Positions 1-9,168 of a DNA stretch of 64,000 bases are shown piece by piece. The notes beneath the pieces were generated by a model. It saw only the letters and a list, made by a program, of their open reading frames with translations, searched no databases and was not told where the DNA came from. Origin of the DNA: a virus. Its lineage: Duplodnaviria; Caudoviricetes. The translations under genes and the position numbers were made by a program. Positions within the stretch are counted from its first letter, which is position 1. Each line of letters opens with the position of its first letter. The stretch is taken from IMG/VR virus record IMGVR_UViG_3300025121_000014, positions 64,001 to 128,000 of that record. One strand, given 5' to 3'.

Positions 1-1
1 A

Positions 2-880
2 GGTATTCCAACTTTATCATATGGACAAAGTATTACAAATGTTGATTTTGATATTGCAGGAGCAGTTAAATGGTTTTATAATCCTACTATATGGAAAATA
101 AATGGATCATATGTAGTAGATACTGGATGGTCTGTACCAACAGGTGTTCCAGCAGCAAATGTAACATATAATGAAACAGGCGCATCTGTAAATATTGCAA
201 ATAATGTATTTAATGATAATAGTTTTTCGTATACTTTAAATGGAAGAAATATACAGGGAACATCTGATACAGATGTAGTTACAAAATCTACATATAGAAT
301 TGATACAAAATCTGTTGAAACTAGTAGAAAATTATCTGGTACAGGTCCATTTCCTACAACTGCTTTATCTAATTATTATTATGGTACTTGGGTATCTTCA
401 TCAGATTTAACCACAGGAGATTGGGTTAGAGAATTAATGATGAAAGAAGGAAAATATCAATGGCCAGGTAGTATTGATTATTCCGCTTATGGAGGACCTA
501 ATTATTTATCTGTTACTGGTGGTGACACACATGTAGATTCACTTAATTATAGATGGGCTTGTTTTAGTGTTGGTTCAGTATCAAATGATACTAATTTTAC
601 ATTTACTATAAATGGTGTAGAAAATTTTGGTTCAACAAATATAATAACTGGTATAAAATTATATGTAAGAGTAGTTGGTGCAACTGGTACAGCCTGGTTA
701 GATGCTAATGCTGCTTGGGGTGGTGCTACTGGTGATAGTGATGGAGATGCTATGTTGGTGTTTGGTGAATCAACAGTAACAACAAGAAAAGTTACATTTG
801 GATCAGTTAGAACAGGTACAGTATATGTTAGAATCGGTTTACAATCAGGTAGTACAAAGAAATTTACAAGTATAAGTTAA
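2..880 (+). CDS. Virion structural protein, C-terminal part (5'-truncated by window edge)
   Basis: Frame of track ORF 437..880 is open back to base 2 (GIPTLSYGQSITNVDF...). G/S/T/N-rich beta-type composition like the neighbouring fibre genes. Confidence 0.6.
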   Translation, partial: GIPTLSYGQSITNVDFDIAGAVKWFYNPTIWKINGSYVVDTGWSVPTGVPAANVTYNETGASVNIANNVFNDNSFSYTLNGRNIQGTSDTDVVTKSTYRIDTKSVETSRKLSGTGPFPTTALSNYYYGTWVSSSDLTTGDWVRELMMKEGKYQWPGSIDYSAYGGPNYLSVTGGDTHVDSLNYRWACFSVGSVSNDTNFTFTINGVENFGSTNIITGIKLYVRVVGATGTAWLDANAAWGGATGDSDGDAMLVFGESTVTTRKVTFGSVRTGTVYVRIGLQSGSTKKFTSIS

Positions 881-906
881 TAAAAAATAAAAAATAATAA
901 AATAAA

Positions 907-2946
907 ATGGCAATATCAGAACAACAAATAGCGGAAAAATTATATAAAAAGTTAATAGGAGTAGCTGACACCGAATATCCATTAACAACTAGAAATTTTA
1001 ATGAAGAACCGTATCAAAGTTATTATAAAGTATTACCTGATCAAATATGGGCTCAGGCTGATAGTATTCCTAACACTGCACCAGTATTAGGAGATTTGGT
1101 AACATTAGGAGTAGTAAAATATTTCGATTTATTACAATTAAATGGTATTTCTGGTTCAGATGTTGGTTTCTATCATGATGATTTAAAAGATGCCATTCCA
1201 TTTAATTATGGTGATGGTACTTCATATTTTTATTCGTTATTTGCTAGTGATGGAACAACACCTATTTATTTCGGTGATGGTGATTGGATTGTTGATGTAG
1301 AATCTGGTGTCTTGACATTTTATAGTACTCCTAGTGTTACTGTTGGTTATTCTTCTCCACCTAGAATTCGATTTTATAAATATGTGGGTACAAAAGGTTT
1401 ATCAAGTGGAAGTACATCTGGAACAGGTGCAGCCATTACTGTTAAAGATCCCGTTACATTAGCATCTACAGTTAATATTACTGGTTATACGAATGGTAAT
1501 AGTGGGTTTACTTATTTACCAGAAACTATTGATGGTATAAGTACTTCTACTTTACCAGAAGCAGGTAGAATATTATTAAAAAATCAATCAAATTTACAAC
1601 AAAATGGTATTTTTCAAATATCAGGTACAACTTTAATAAGAGCAACTGATTCTGATGCAACTAGTGGAGAAACATCTATAAACGATTATGTTTTTGTTTT
1701 GTCTGGTGATACTCTTACAGCATCATCTTGGATATTGGCAACAACAACAGCAGTTGATATAACTGACATTAATCCATATGTAGATGAACAAACTTGGAAA
1801 TTATTTTCTAGTGGTGTTCAATATACAGCAGATGGAAATGCATTAAAATTATTAGGTAATCAATTTTATGTTGAATTGGATGAAGTAACATTAGGAGATT
1901 CTGGTTTACAACAAGGTGTGGATGGATTAAAAATTGAAACATCTATATTATCTGACATAAATACCATACCAGATTTAACAAGTGATATATTAGTGGTAAG
2001 TGGTTATACAACAGCTTTAAGTGGTTGGACTGGAAACTTATCAGCCGATATTGTTACATTAAGTGGTTGGTCAGGTAATTTAGCATCAAGTATATCAACT
2101 AATATTACTAACATATCTAATTTAAGTGGATGGACAGGTTCTATAGAAAGTAGAGTTACTATTAATGAAAATGATATTACAAGTAATGATTCTGATATTG
2201 CAGAATTAAGTGGATGGACAGGAAATTTAGCATCTAATATCGTTTCTTTAAGTGGATGGACAGGTTCTATTAATACACAAGTAGAAACTAATGTTATAGA
2301 TATTGCTGCTTTAAGTGGATGGACAGGAAATTTAGCATCTAATATTATTTCTTTAAGTGGATGGTCTAGTGTTTTAGCGGCAGATATTATTATTAATGCA
2401 AATAATATTTCATCTAATACTGGTTCTATTAATACAAATATTACAAACATATCTAATTTAAGTGGATGGACAGGTTCTATAGAAAGTAGAGTTACTATTA
2501 ATGAAAGTGATATTCTAGAATTAAGTGGTGCAACAGTAGATTTAAGTGGTGTAGCAGGTTCTGGTTTAACATATACATCAGGTGATGCAAAATTAAATGT
2601 AAAAGTAGACGATTGGACAATTAAAATAACAACTAATTCAGGACTAACAACACCTATTATATGGATGCAAGTAACTAGTAGTGCTACTATATCGGGTGTA
2701 GCAGGTTCAACAGGTATAGCATTAAATTATGATCCAGTTGGTTTTGTATCAGCTTATATAAATGGTATAGAATATAGAGTGAATCCTACAACAGCATCTA
2801 GTACTACTAATATACCATTTTATTTCGATACTGGTATTCCAGCACAAGGAAGCATATTATGGTTTAATCCAGTCGAAGCAGGATTTGATGTAGTAGCAGG
2901 AACAGATTATATTGTAATAAAATATAGTTATTTAATGGATTTATAA
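907..2946 (+). CDS. Fibre-like structural protein with coiled-coil stalk (679 aa)
   Basis: Track ORF. Contains VKDPVTLASTVNIT, a motif typical of phage fibre proteins, and a central heptad-spaced LSGW(T/S)G repeat region. Confidence 0.6.
   Translation: MAISEQQIAEKLYKKLIGVADTEYPLTTRNFNEEPYQSYYKVLPDQIWAQADSIPNTAPVLGDLVTLGVVKYFDLLQLNGISGSDVGFYHDDLKDAIPFNYGDGTSYFYSLFASDGTTPIYFGDGDWIVDVESGVLTFYSTPSVTVGYSSPPRIRFYKYVGTKGLSSGSTSGTGAAITVKDPVTLASTVNITGYTNGNSGFTYLPETIDGISTSTLPEAGRILLKNQSNLQQNGIFQISGTTLIRATDSDATSGETSINDYVFVLSGDTLTASSWILATTTAVDITDINPYVDEQTWKLFSSGVQYTADGNALKLLGNQFYVELDEVTLGDSGLQQGVDGLKIETSILSDINTIPDLTSDILVVSGYTTALSGWTGNLSADIVTLSGWSGNLASSISTNITNISNLSGWTGSIESRVTINENDITSNDSDIAELSGWTGNLASNIVSLSGWTGSINTQVETNVIDIAALSGWTGNLASNIISLSGWSSVLAADIIINANNISSNTGSINTNITNISNLSGWTGSIESRVTINESDILELSGATVDLSGVAGSGLTYTSGDAKLNVKVDDWTIKITTNSGLTTPIIWMQVTSSATISGVAGSTGIALNYDPVGFVSAYINGIEYRVNPTTASSTTNIPFYFDTGIPAQGSILWFNPVEAGFDVVAGTDYIVIKYSYLMDL
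2017..2529 (+). repeat. Eight LSGW(T/S) repeats at heptad-multiple spacing; includes a 70-nt direct repeat
   Basis: Spacings counted as 14, 21, 28, 14, 21, 14, 35 aa, then 21 aa to LSGA. 2101-2170 and 2437-2506 differ at one base. Confidence 0.85.
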
Positions 2947-2964
2947 TTAAATATTAACATTTTT

Positions 2965-2997
2965 AAAAAAGGGAAGATTAATCTTCCCTTTTTTTTT
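2965..2997. terminator. Intrinsic terminator, probably bidirectional
   Basis: AAAAAAGGGAAGATT-AATCTTCCCTTTTTTTTT: perfect inverted repeat with A-tract and T-tract, just after the 2946 stop. Confidence 0.85.
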
Positions 2998-3016
2998 AAA
3001 TAAAACCCTACTTAAA

Positions 3017-3026
3017 TAATATATAA
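3017..3026 (+). promoter_or_regulatory. Candidate phage late promoter motif
   Basis: TAATATATAA, 20 nt before ATG 3047. Confidence 0.55.
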
Positions 3027-3046
3027 ATTAAAATTTAAAACTAATT

Positions 3047-4144
3047 ATGAATGTTGCGATAACTTTTGGTGTAACAAACCCTAATTTTAGTGTTTGGAGT
3101 AGTGGTGCATTACAAAATGTATTTTTCTTATACATGATATTAAAAAATATTAAAGATATTAATGTTTATCTTGTTAATTTTGGTATTCCAATTGATGAAC
3201 TTAATGGAGATGAAATATTTAATATAAATGAATTCGAATTCACAAAATGGGATGATATTAAAAATAAAGTAGATTTATTTATAGAAGCAGGAATAAAAAT
3301 TAATGTAGAAATAACTAAAGAATTAAGGTTACGTGGAACTAAAATTGTTATGTATCGTATAGGAAATGCTTATATTTTAGATAATGAAGATATTCTTTTT
3401 AATCCATCTAATAACGAAATTTATAGTGATATTTATGATGAAATCTGGACATTACCACATCACGAAAAAACAAGTAAATTTTATTTAGAAGAAATTTATA
3501 AATGTCCTGTTAAAATATTACCTATGATATGGGATACATATTTCATCGATAAATATAATTTAAGTTTAAAAGAAAATGGTATGAATCCTTTTTTCAAATT
3601 TGAAGGATGGATAAAAAATAAAAAAAATATAACTATTTTTGAACCAAATATAAATGCAATTAAAACATCTATTTATCCAATGTTAATTGTAGAAAGGGCT
3701 TATAATAAAAGACCTGAATTATTTGGAAAAGTTAGAGTATTAAACTCTATGAAATATAATCAAAATAAAAAATTTGTTTCCTTAGTAAATAAATTAAATA
3801 TTAAAAGATATGGCATAGCCACATTTGAAGATAGATTTAATACACCATATATTTTATCTAAATATACTGATATTGTAGTTTCTACACAATGGGAAAATGA
3901 ATTAAATTATTTATATTTTGATGTTCTTTATAATAAATATCCATTAATTCATAATTCACCAAGAATTAAAAAAGCAGGATATTATTATAAAGATTTTGAT
4001 ATCGAAACAGCAAGTGACCAATTAATTAAATGCATTATAAAAGATGATAGTAAATTAAACGAAAGACGAACTAATAATTTATTAGAAGAATTCTCTATTT
4101 ATAATATTGAAAATATAACTGCTTATGAACTACTACTACACTAA
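3047..4144 (+). CDS. DUF2827-like putative glycosyltransferase-fold protein
   Basis: Motifs WSSGALQNVFF, WTLPHH, IFEPNINAIKTSIYP, DIVVSTQWENELNYLYFD and YPLIHNS match the DUF2827 family as I recall it. The last about 7 codons derive from the IS right end. Confidence 0.6.
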   Translation: MNVAITFGVTNPNFSVWSSGALQNVFFLYMILKNIKDINVYLVNFGIPIDELNGDEIFNINEFEFTKWDDIKNKVDLFIEAGIKINVEITKELRLRGTKIVMYRIGNAYILDNEDILFNPSNNEIYSDIYDEIWTLPHHEKTSKFYLEEIYKCPVKILPMIWDTYFIDKYNLSLKENGMNPFFKFEGWIKNKKNITIFEPNINAIKTSIYPMLIVERAYNKRPELFGKVRVLNSMKYNQNKKFVSLVNKLNIKRYGIATFEDRFNTPYILSKYTDIVVSTQWENELNYLYFDVLYNKYPLIHNSPRIKKAGYYYKDFDIETASDQLIKCIIKDDSKLNERRTNNLLEEFSIYNIENITAYELLLH

Positions 4145-4330
4145 AGATGTAGTAGTTTCTGGAACATAATGTTCCTTCTCTTTAAGCGTTTCACAGATTA
4201 CGCCAGATTTCTCTAGTCTTATTTGGTCTCCGCGCTCGTAATCAGTCGTTCCAACTGATATATTTATTCTATATCCTTCGTTGAGAATATTAGTTGCTGC
4301 GTTAAAATCTCTATCGTGTTTTTCACCACA
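4105..4330 (-). ncRNA. Predicted TnpB omegaRNA (scaffold plus flank-derived guide)
   Basis: Inferred from established TnpB biology: the scaffold overlaps the tnpB 3' end and right end, and the guide is the flank beyond it. Only the right-end hairpin is directly seen; extent is a guess. Confidence 0.45.
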
Positions 4331-5353
4331 TTTGGAACAAATCCAATATCTATCTTTGATTGTTAAATTATTGTTTATCCAACCACATTTAGAACAGGTT
4401 TTAGATGAAGGAAAGAACCTATCTATATGAACTACAGATTTATCATTCCATAATGATTTGTAATCTAAAACTTGAACGAATGTTCCCCAACTAACATCAC
4501 TAATTGCTTTTGATAGTTTATGATTTTTCATCATTCCTTTTATATTTAAGTCCTCCAAGTAAATTGTATCAAATTGTTTGATTAAATTAATGGTTGTTTT
4601 TTGTATTAAATCCATTCGTGAGTTAGTAATTTTTTCGTGTATTCTTGCTATTTTAATTCTTTGTTTTTCATAACGAACTGATTTAATGGTCTTTCGTGAT
4701 AGATATTGTTGATTTAATTTTAAAATCCTTTCGTAATGTTTTAGAAATCTATGGTTCTTGATTTTCGTTCCATTAGACAACACTAAAAAATCTTTTATTC
4801 CTAAATCTATTCCTACTGATAATCCTGTTTTATTAACTGAATTGTATTCCATTTCAGTTAAAATCGAAACAAAGTATTTTCCAGTAGGTTTTTTTAATAT
4901 AGAACAATGTTTGATTGTTCCTTTTATTTTTCTTTCCATTATCATTTCAATACCATTTCTAAACTTTGGTATGATTAGTTTATCTTTCTTTACTGAAACA
5001 AATTGGGGTATAGTAAATGAATTTTTCGATTTCCTTGATTTAAACTTTGGAAATTGTGTTCTTTTTTTAAAAAAACCATCATAAGCAGTATCTAAACAAT
5101 TTAAAGAAAATTGAAGTGTCTGTGAGTTTATTTCCTTCAACCATTTCTTATCATCGATTTTTTTTAATTGTGTTAGTTCTTTTGATTGGTCATAATAATT
5201 TAAAGTTTTCTTATTGTTTAAATATTCATCTTTTCTTTGATTTAAAAAATAATTATATACGAACCTCACTGAACCAAAGTGTTTATTCAATAACACTTGC
5301 TGTTCTTGTGTTGGTTCTAATCTAAACTTATATGTATATTTAATTGTTTTCAT
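4136..5353 (-). CDS. tnpB: RNA-guided endonuclease TnpB (405 aa)
   Basis: N-terminal YKFRLEPTQEQ...HFGSVRFVYN; RuvC-I GIDLG, RuvC-II YLEDL, zinc finger CSKCG...CSKCG, RuvC-III HDRDFNAATNI. All three catalytic acidic residues present. Confidence 0.95.
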   Translation of the reverse strand: MKTIKYTYKFRLEPTQEQQVLLNKHFGSVRFVYNYFLNQRKDEYLNNKKTLNYYDQSKELTQLKKIDDKKWLKEINSQTLQFSLNCLDTAYDGFFKKRTQFPKFKSRKSKNSFTIPQFVSVKKDKLIIPKFRNGIEMIMERKIKGTIKHCSILKKPTGKYFVSILTEMEYNSVNKTGLSVGIDLGIKDFLVLSNGTKIKNHRFLKHYERILKLNQQYLSRKTIKSVRYEKQRIKIARIHEKITNSRMDLIQKTTINLIKQFDTIYLEDLNIKGMMKNHKLSKAISDVSWGTFVQVLDYKSLWNDKSVVHIDRFFPSSKTCSKCGWINNNLTIKDRYWICSKCGEKHDRDFNAATNILNEGYRINISVGTTDYERGDQIRLEKSGVICETLKEKEHYVPETTTSLV

Positions 5354-5385
5354 CTGTTTTTATGTTAAATTTTATTCTAACATAA

Positions 5386-5395
5386 CTATATATAA
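5386..5395 (-). promoter_or_regulatory. Late-promoter-like motif inside the IS, upstream of tnpB
   Basis: Minus strand TTATATATAG, 32 nt before tnpB ATG 5353. Confidence 0.45.
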
Positions 5396-5647
5396 TTAAA
5401 AATATATTACTTTTTTCCATTTTTAAAAATGGTTTAAAATAATTAAAGAGTTAGGTGTCAAATTCATCCATTAAACTGAAGATTTAACGGTTTTCTTTGA
5501 CAGATTAAATAAATATTTATAAAATGTTGATTGTATATTTTTTACATATAATTCATCGTATTTAATTCCCATTACAATATATTTCTCTATTAACATAATT
5601 AATTATTTTTATTTAATTATTGTATATTTTTTTCGGTTAATAATTTT

Positions 5648-5657
5648 TAATATATAA
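5648..5657 (+). promoter_or_regulatory. Candidate late promoter motif
   Basis: TAATATATAA, 20 nt before ATG 5678. Confidence 0.55.
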
Positions 5658-5677
5658 TAAAAAAATAGTTGTTCACA

Positions 5678-8455
5678 ATGTCATCTAAAAGAATTAAAAA
5701 TAAACAAATTTTAGTATCATCTAATTTTGATTTTAACAGTAATAGAATTATAAATTTATCAGAGCCAAGTGGAGTTACAGATGGTGCAACTAAAAATTAT
5801 GTTGATACAAGTATATTAGAATTTGCTGCAATACCTCATGAACCAACTGGTTTTCAAGTTAGTCAAAAGGAAGCATCTACAATATATGTTTCTGGTAATA
5901 CTTTTTATATTATGCCTATTGCTGAATCTTTTGATTATTATATTGCAGGTCAAAAGTTTACAAGTACTGGTGATACTATAACAATTACTAACGTTGAAGG
6001 TAATCATTTCTTTTATTTTAATGATGACGTTTTAACACAAACTACAACATTTAATAGTGATATTATTTTTACATACGCTTATGTTGCTGAATTATATTGG
6101 AATGTATCTGAACAAAGAGTTATTCATTTAGGTGAAGAACGACATGGATTAGTTATGGACGGTACTACTCATGCATATTTACATAATAAATTTGGAACAA
6201 CTTATATATCTGGTTTAGGTCTTGGTGATTTTACAATTACTGGTGCTGCAGCTTCATTAGATGAACATGCACAATTTTCTGTATCACAAGGTCAAATTTG
6301 GGACGAAGATATTATACATATAATAGAAGATAGTGCAACACAACAAATATCATTTCCTTTAAATTGTCCTGTATTTTATAGAAGTGGGACAACTTGGAAT
6401 TCATATACTGGTGGAACTTATGCAACTGGTAATACTTTTGCTATTATTAATTATGATTTTAATAATGCTAATTTATTAGCTTATAATTTAAATACTCTTG
6501 GTGATTGGTCATTAGTCGAAGTAGGTAATAATCAATTTGTTTTATCACATATATTTGCAACTAATGATGTTAATACACCAATAATTGCAATATTAGGTCA
6601 AGAAACTTACGCAACCGCAGGTGATGCTAGATCAGGAGCTAATGTAGAAATGGGTAATTTAATTACAAATGGGTTATCATTCCAAGAATTTGTACCAATG
6701 GCAACAGTAATATATCAAACTGCTTCTGCTTATACTAATACACCAAAAGCAAAAATTGTACAAACAGATTTAGGTGATAATTATGTAAATTGGTTAGGTC
6801 AATCATTATCACCAACTTCTGCACCATCGGATCACGGTTCATTAGGTGGATTAAATGATGATGACCATTTTCAATATGCATTATTAGCTGGTAGAGGTAA
6901 TGAAACATTAACTATCGATAAAGTTTCTGGTTTAGCTAATCCTACAAATGATACTGATGCTGTTAATTATGGATTTTTTAAAGATAATACTGTATCATCT
7001 GTAAGTGGAGGTACTTTTTTATCAGGTGTAACAATATTAGGCGATTTTCATGTATCAGGCACAACAACATTTGTAAATACACAACAATTAAATGTTGCAG
7101 ATAATATTATAACTATTAATAGTGGTGAAACTGGTGCAGGTGTTACTTATACACAAGCTGGTATTCAAGTAGATAGAGGTTCATTAGACCCATATATTTT
7201 TATATTTAATGAAGTAAATGATACATTTAGAATTGGTCAAGCAACTATAGATACACCAAATACATTTGATTTAACTGATACACAGGCTGTTGCAACACGT
7301 GAAGATTTACCAATATTAGGTGGTATTCCTTATTGGAATTATGATATATCTAGATATGATACAATAGGTGGATTTAAATATGATATTAATAATGATTTTA
7401 TATATTTAGGAAACTCAGTAAGTCCATTGACAGGTATTAGTATGTATACATTAAATACTACTATGGTTGGTAATATATGGTTAGATAATAGTGGAGTTAC
7501 ATTAAAAGCCACAAGTACATCTGCAACTAATTTTGCTATGACTAATACAACTATGATAATTAGTTCTGATTATGGTTCATTTGAAGGTATTAAATATGAT
7601 ATAGATTATTCAGCAAATTACACATCAAGAAGTTTAGTTGATTATAATTGGTTAACAACAACATTTTTATTAGATGGTAAAGGTACTACTGCTAATAATA
7701 GAACTATCGATTTAGGGGGAAGTATTACATCAGGTGAAACATTTATTATAACTTGTAATACAGAAAATAATTTTACCACAACGTTTACTTTAGGTGATAG
7801 TGGTAATGATCAAGCTAAAATGAATTATGTTATAAGCGGTGTTCATTCAGATGATCCAGAATTATCAGTATTAGCATATACTACTGAAACAGGTGAAGAA
7901 ACAAAATATCAAGTAATTAGTCAAGAACGTCAAGATAGCCCAGTATTATATAGAAATATTATTGAATTAGCAGCGGGTTCTGGTACAACATCAATGTCAT
8001 TTATTGTTGGTAGTGGTAATTTTAAAATATATGATAATAGAACTAGTGATACAAGAGGTATCGAATATGATTCCGATTATTCACCTTATTTTTCAAATAG
8101 ATCATTAATCGATAAAGATTATGTAGATGGCTTAAATACATTTATATTCCAAACACAAAGTGGAATTACAGGTAATACTATATTAGAATTTCAATGTCCA
8201 TTAAAATATAGAATTACATCTATTATAGCGGAAGAAACTATAGGTTTTATTGCAGGAAATGTATCAATAGGTATATCTGCTTGGTCAAATGAAATTGTAA
8301 ATAGTGAAACTATTGATGCTGATGATGTAATTGATTTACCGATTGGTCAAAAATTCTTCTCATTAGTAGCTAATACGGATATTTATGTTAGTTCTACTGC
8401 ATTTGGATCAGGTCAATTATCTCTTTATTTTAAATTTGAAAAAGTTGTAGAGTAA
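5678..8455 (+). CDS. Fibre/adaptor structural protein ending in shared C-terminal module Y
   Basis: Track ORF 5669; ATG 5678 preferred over TTG. Has RIINLSEP..TDGATKNYVD and NIITIN.GETGAGVT..AG.QVDRG blocks. C-terminus ...IYVSSTAFGSGQLSLYFKFEKVVE is paralogous to those of 8582 and 18611. Confidence 0.65.
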   Translation: MSSKRIKNKQILVSSNFDFNSNRIINLSEPSGVTDGATKNYVDTSILEFAAIPHEPTGFQVSQKEASTIYVSGNTFYIMPIAESFDYYIAGQKFTSTGDTITITNVEGNHFFYFNDDVLTQTTTFNSDIIFTYAYVAELYWNVSEQRVIHLGEERHGLVMDGTTHAYLHNKFGTTYISGLGLGDFTITGAAASLDEHAQFSVSQGQIWDEDIIHIIEDSATQQISFPLNCPVFYRSGTTWNSYTGGTYATGNTFAIINYDFNNANLLAYNLNTLGDWSLVEVGNNQFVLSHIFATNDVNTPIIAILGQETYATAGDARSGANVEMGNLITNGLSFQEFVPMATVIYQTASAYTNTPKAKIVQTDLGDNYVNWLGQSLSPTSAPSDHGSLGGLNDDDHFQYALLAGRGNETLTIDKVSGLANPTNDTDAVNYGFFKDNTVSSVSGGTFLSGVTILGDFHVSGTTTFVNTQQLNVADNIITINSGETGAGVTYTQAGIQVDRGSLDPYIFIFNEVNDTFRIGQATIDTPNTFDLTDTQAVATREDLPILGGIPYWNYDISRYDTIGGFKYDINNDFIYLGNSVSPLTGISMYTLNTTMVGNIWLDNSGVTLKATSTSATNFAMTNTTMIISSDYGSFEGIKYDIDYSANYTSRSLVDYNWLTTTFLLDGKGTTANNRTIDLGGSITSGETFIITCNTENNFTTTFTLGDSGNDQAKMNYVISGVHSDDPELSVLAYTTETGEETKYQVISQERQDSPVLYRNIIELAAGSGTTSMSFIVGSGNFKIYDNRTSDTRGIEYDSDYSPYFSNRSLIDKDYVDGLNTFIFQTQSGITGNTILEFQCPLKYRITSIIAEETIGFIAGNVSIGISAWSNEIVNSETIDADDVIDLPIGQKFFSLVANTDIYVSSTAFGSGQLSLYFKFEKVVE

Positions 8456-8551
8456 AACTATGATTAAGATTTAATAGACAATATTTACCGATAAAAATTT
8501 TTATTATTTTTTTTGCTGTATTAATAATTTAATTTACTGATGTTATTATTT

Positions 8552-8561
8552 TAATATATAA
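8552..8561 (+). promoter_or_regulatory. Candidate late promoter motif
   Basis: TAATATATAA, 20 nt before ATG 8582. Confidence 0.55.
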
Positions 8562-8581
8562 TAAAAAAGAAATTAAATCCA

Positions 8582-9160
8582 ATGGCTAAGAAAACCTATC
8601 CTATAATACATTTAAAAGATTTGTCAGATACACCTTCACCTACACCACCAGTAGGTTATGTATTTATTTATAGTAAATCAGATAATAGATTATATTTAAA
8701 AGATTCTGATGGTATAGAATCATTAGTTAGTGGTAGTATACAAAGTGCTTTAGATAGCGAAATGTCTGGGCTAATTGATAATGATATTATTAGATTTGAT
8801 GCCACTTTACAAAAATTTGTTAATGTTGCAGCATCTGAATATGATGGTTTATTAAGAATATCTGATACTAATATTTCAAGTGATAAACAATTAACAATTA
8901 TTATTCCTGCTGGTTATGTAATTGATGAATGTATTATTGTAGAAACATCTGGTTATACTGCGGGTAATATTTCTTTAGGTACATCAGTTGGAACAACTGA
9001 AATAATAAATAATTATACTATTAATGCTAATGATGATAAAATTGTACCAATAGGACAACAATATTTTAGTAGTGTAAATACTACAAATTTATATATTAGT
9101 AGCACTGCCTGGGGAGATGGTATTATTAATATTTATTTGTTAATAAAAAAGATACTATAA
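8582..9160 (+). CDS. Small adaptor protein (N-terminal anchor motif plus module Y), 192 aa
   Basis: N-terminus YPIIHLKDL...GYVFIYSKSDNRLYLK resembles that of 40835. C-terminal 105 aa are paralogous to 18611 and 5678 C-termini. Confidence 0.6.
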   Translation: MAKKTYPIIHLKDLSDTPSPTPPVGYVFIYSKSDNRLYLKDSDGIESLVSGSIQSALDSEMSGLIDNDIIRFDATLQKFVNVAASEYDGLLRISDTNISSDKQLTIIIPAGYVIDECIIVETSGYTAGNISLGTSVGTTEIINNYTINANDDKIVPIGQQYFSSVNTTNLYISSTAWGDGIINIYLLIKKIL

Positions 9161-9168
9161 AATAACAA

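Larger units (their letters stand above)
4125..5508 (-). mobile_element. IS200/IS605-family (IS1341-like, tnpB-only) element
   Basis: tnpB flanked by related subterminal hairpins. Right end (minus strand) GAAACTACTACA-TCTTTAG-TGTAGTAGTAGTTCAT. Left end TGTCAAAGAAAACCGTTAAA-TCTTCAG-TTTAATGGATGAATTTGACA (5456-5502). No tnpA. Boundaries approximate. Confidence 0.75.

Noticed and set aside
4758-5325. Plus-strand ORFs 4758-5084 and 5116-5325 as TnpA or passenger genes
   Set aside because: Antisense to tnpB; no HUH or serine-recombinase motif.
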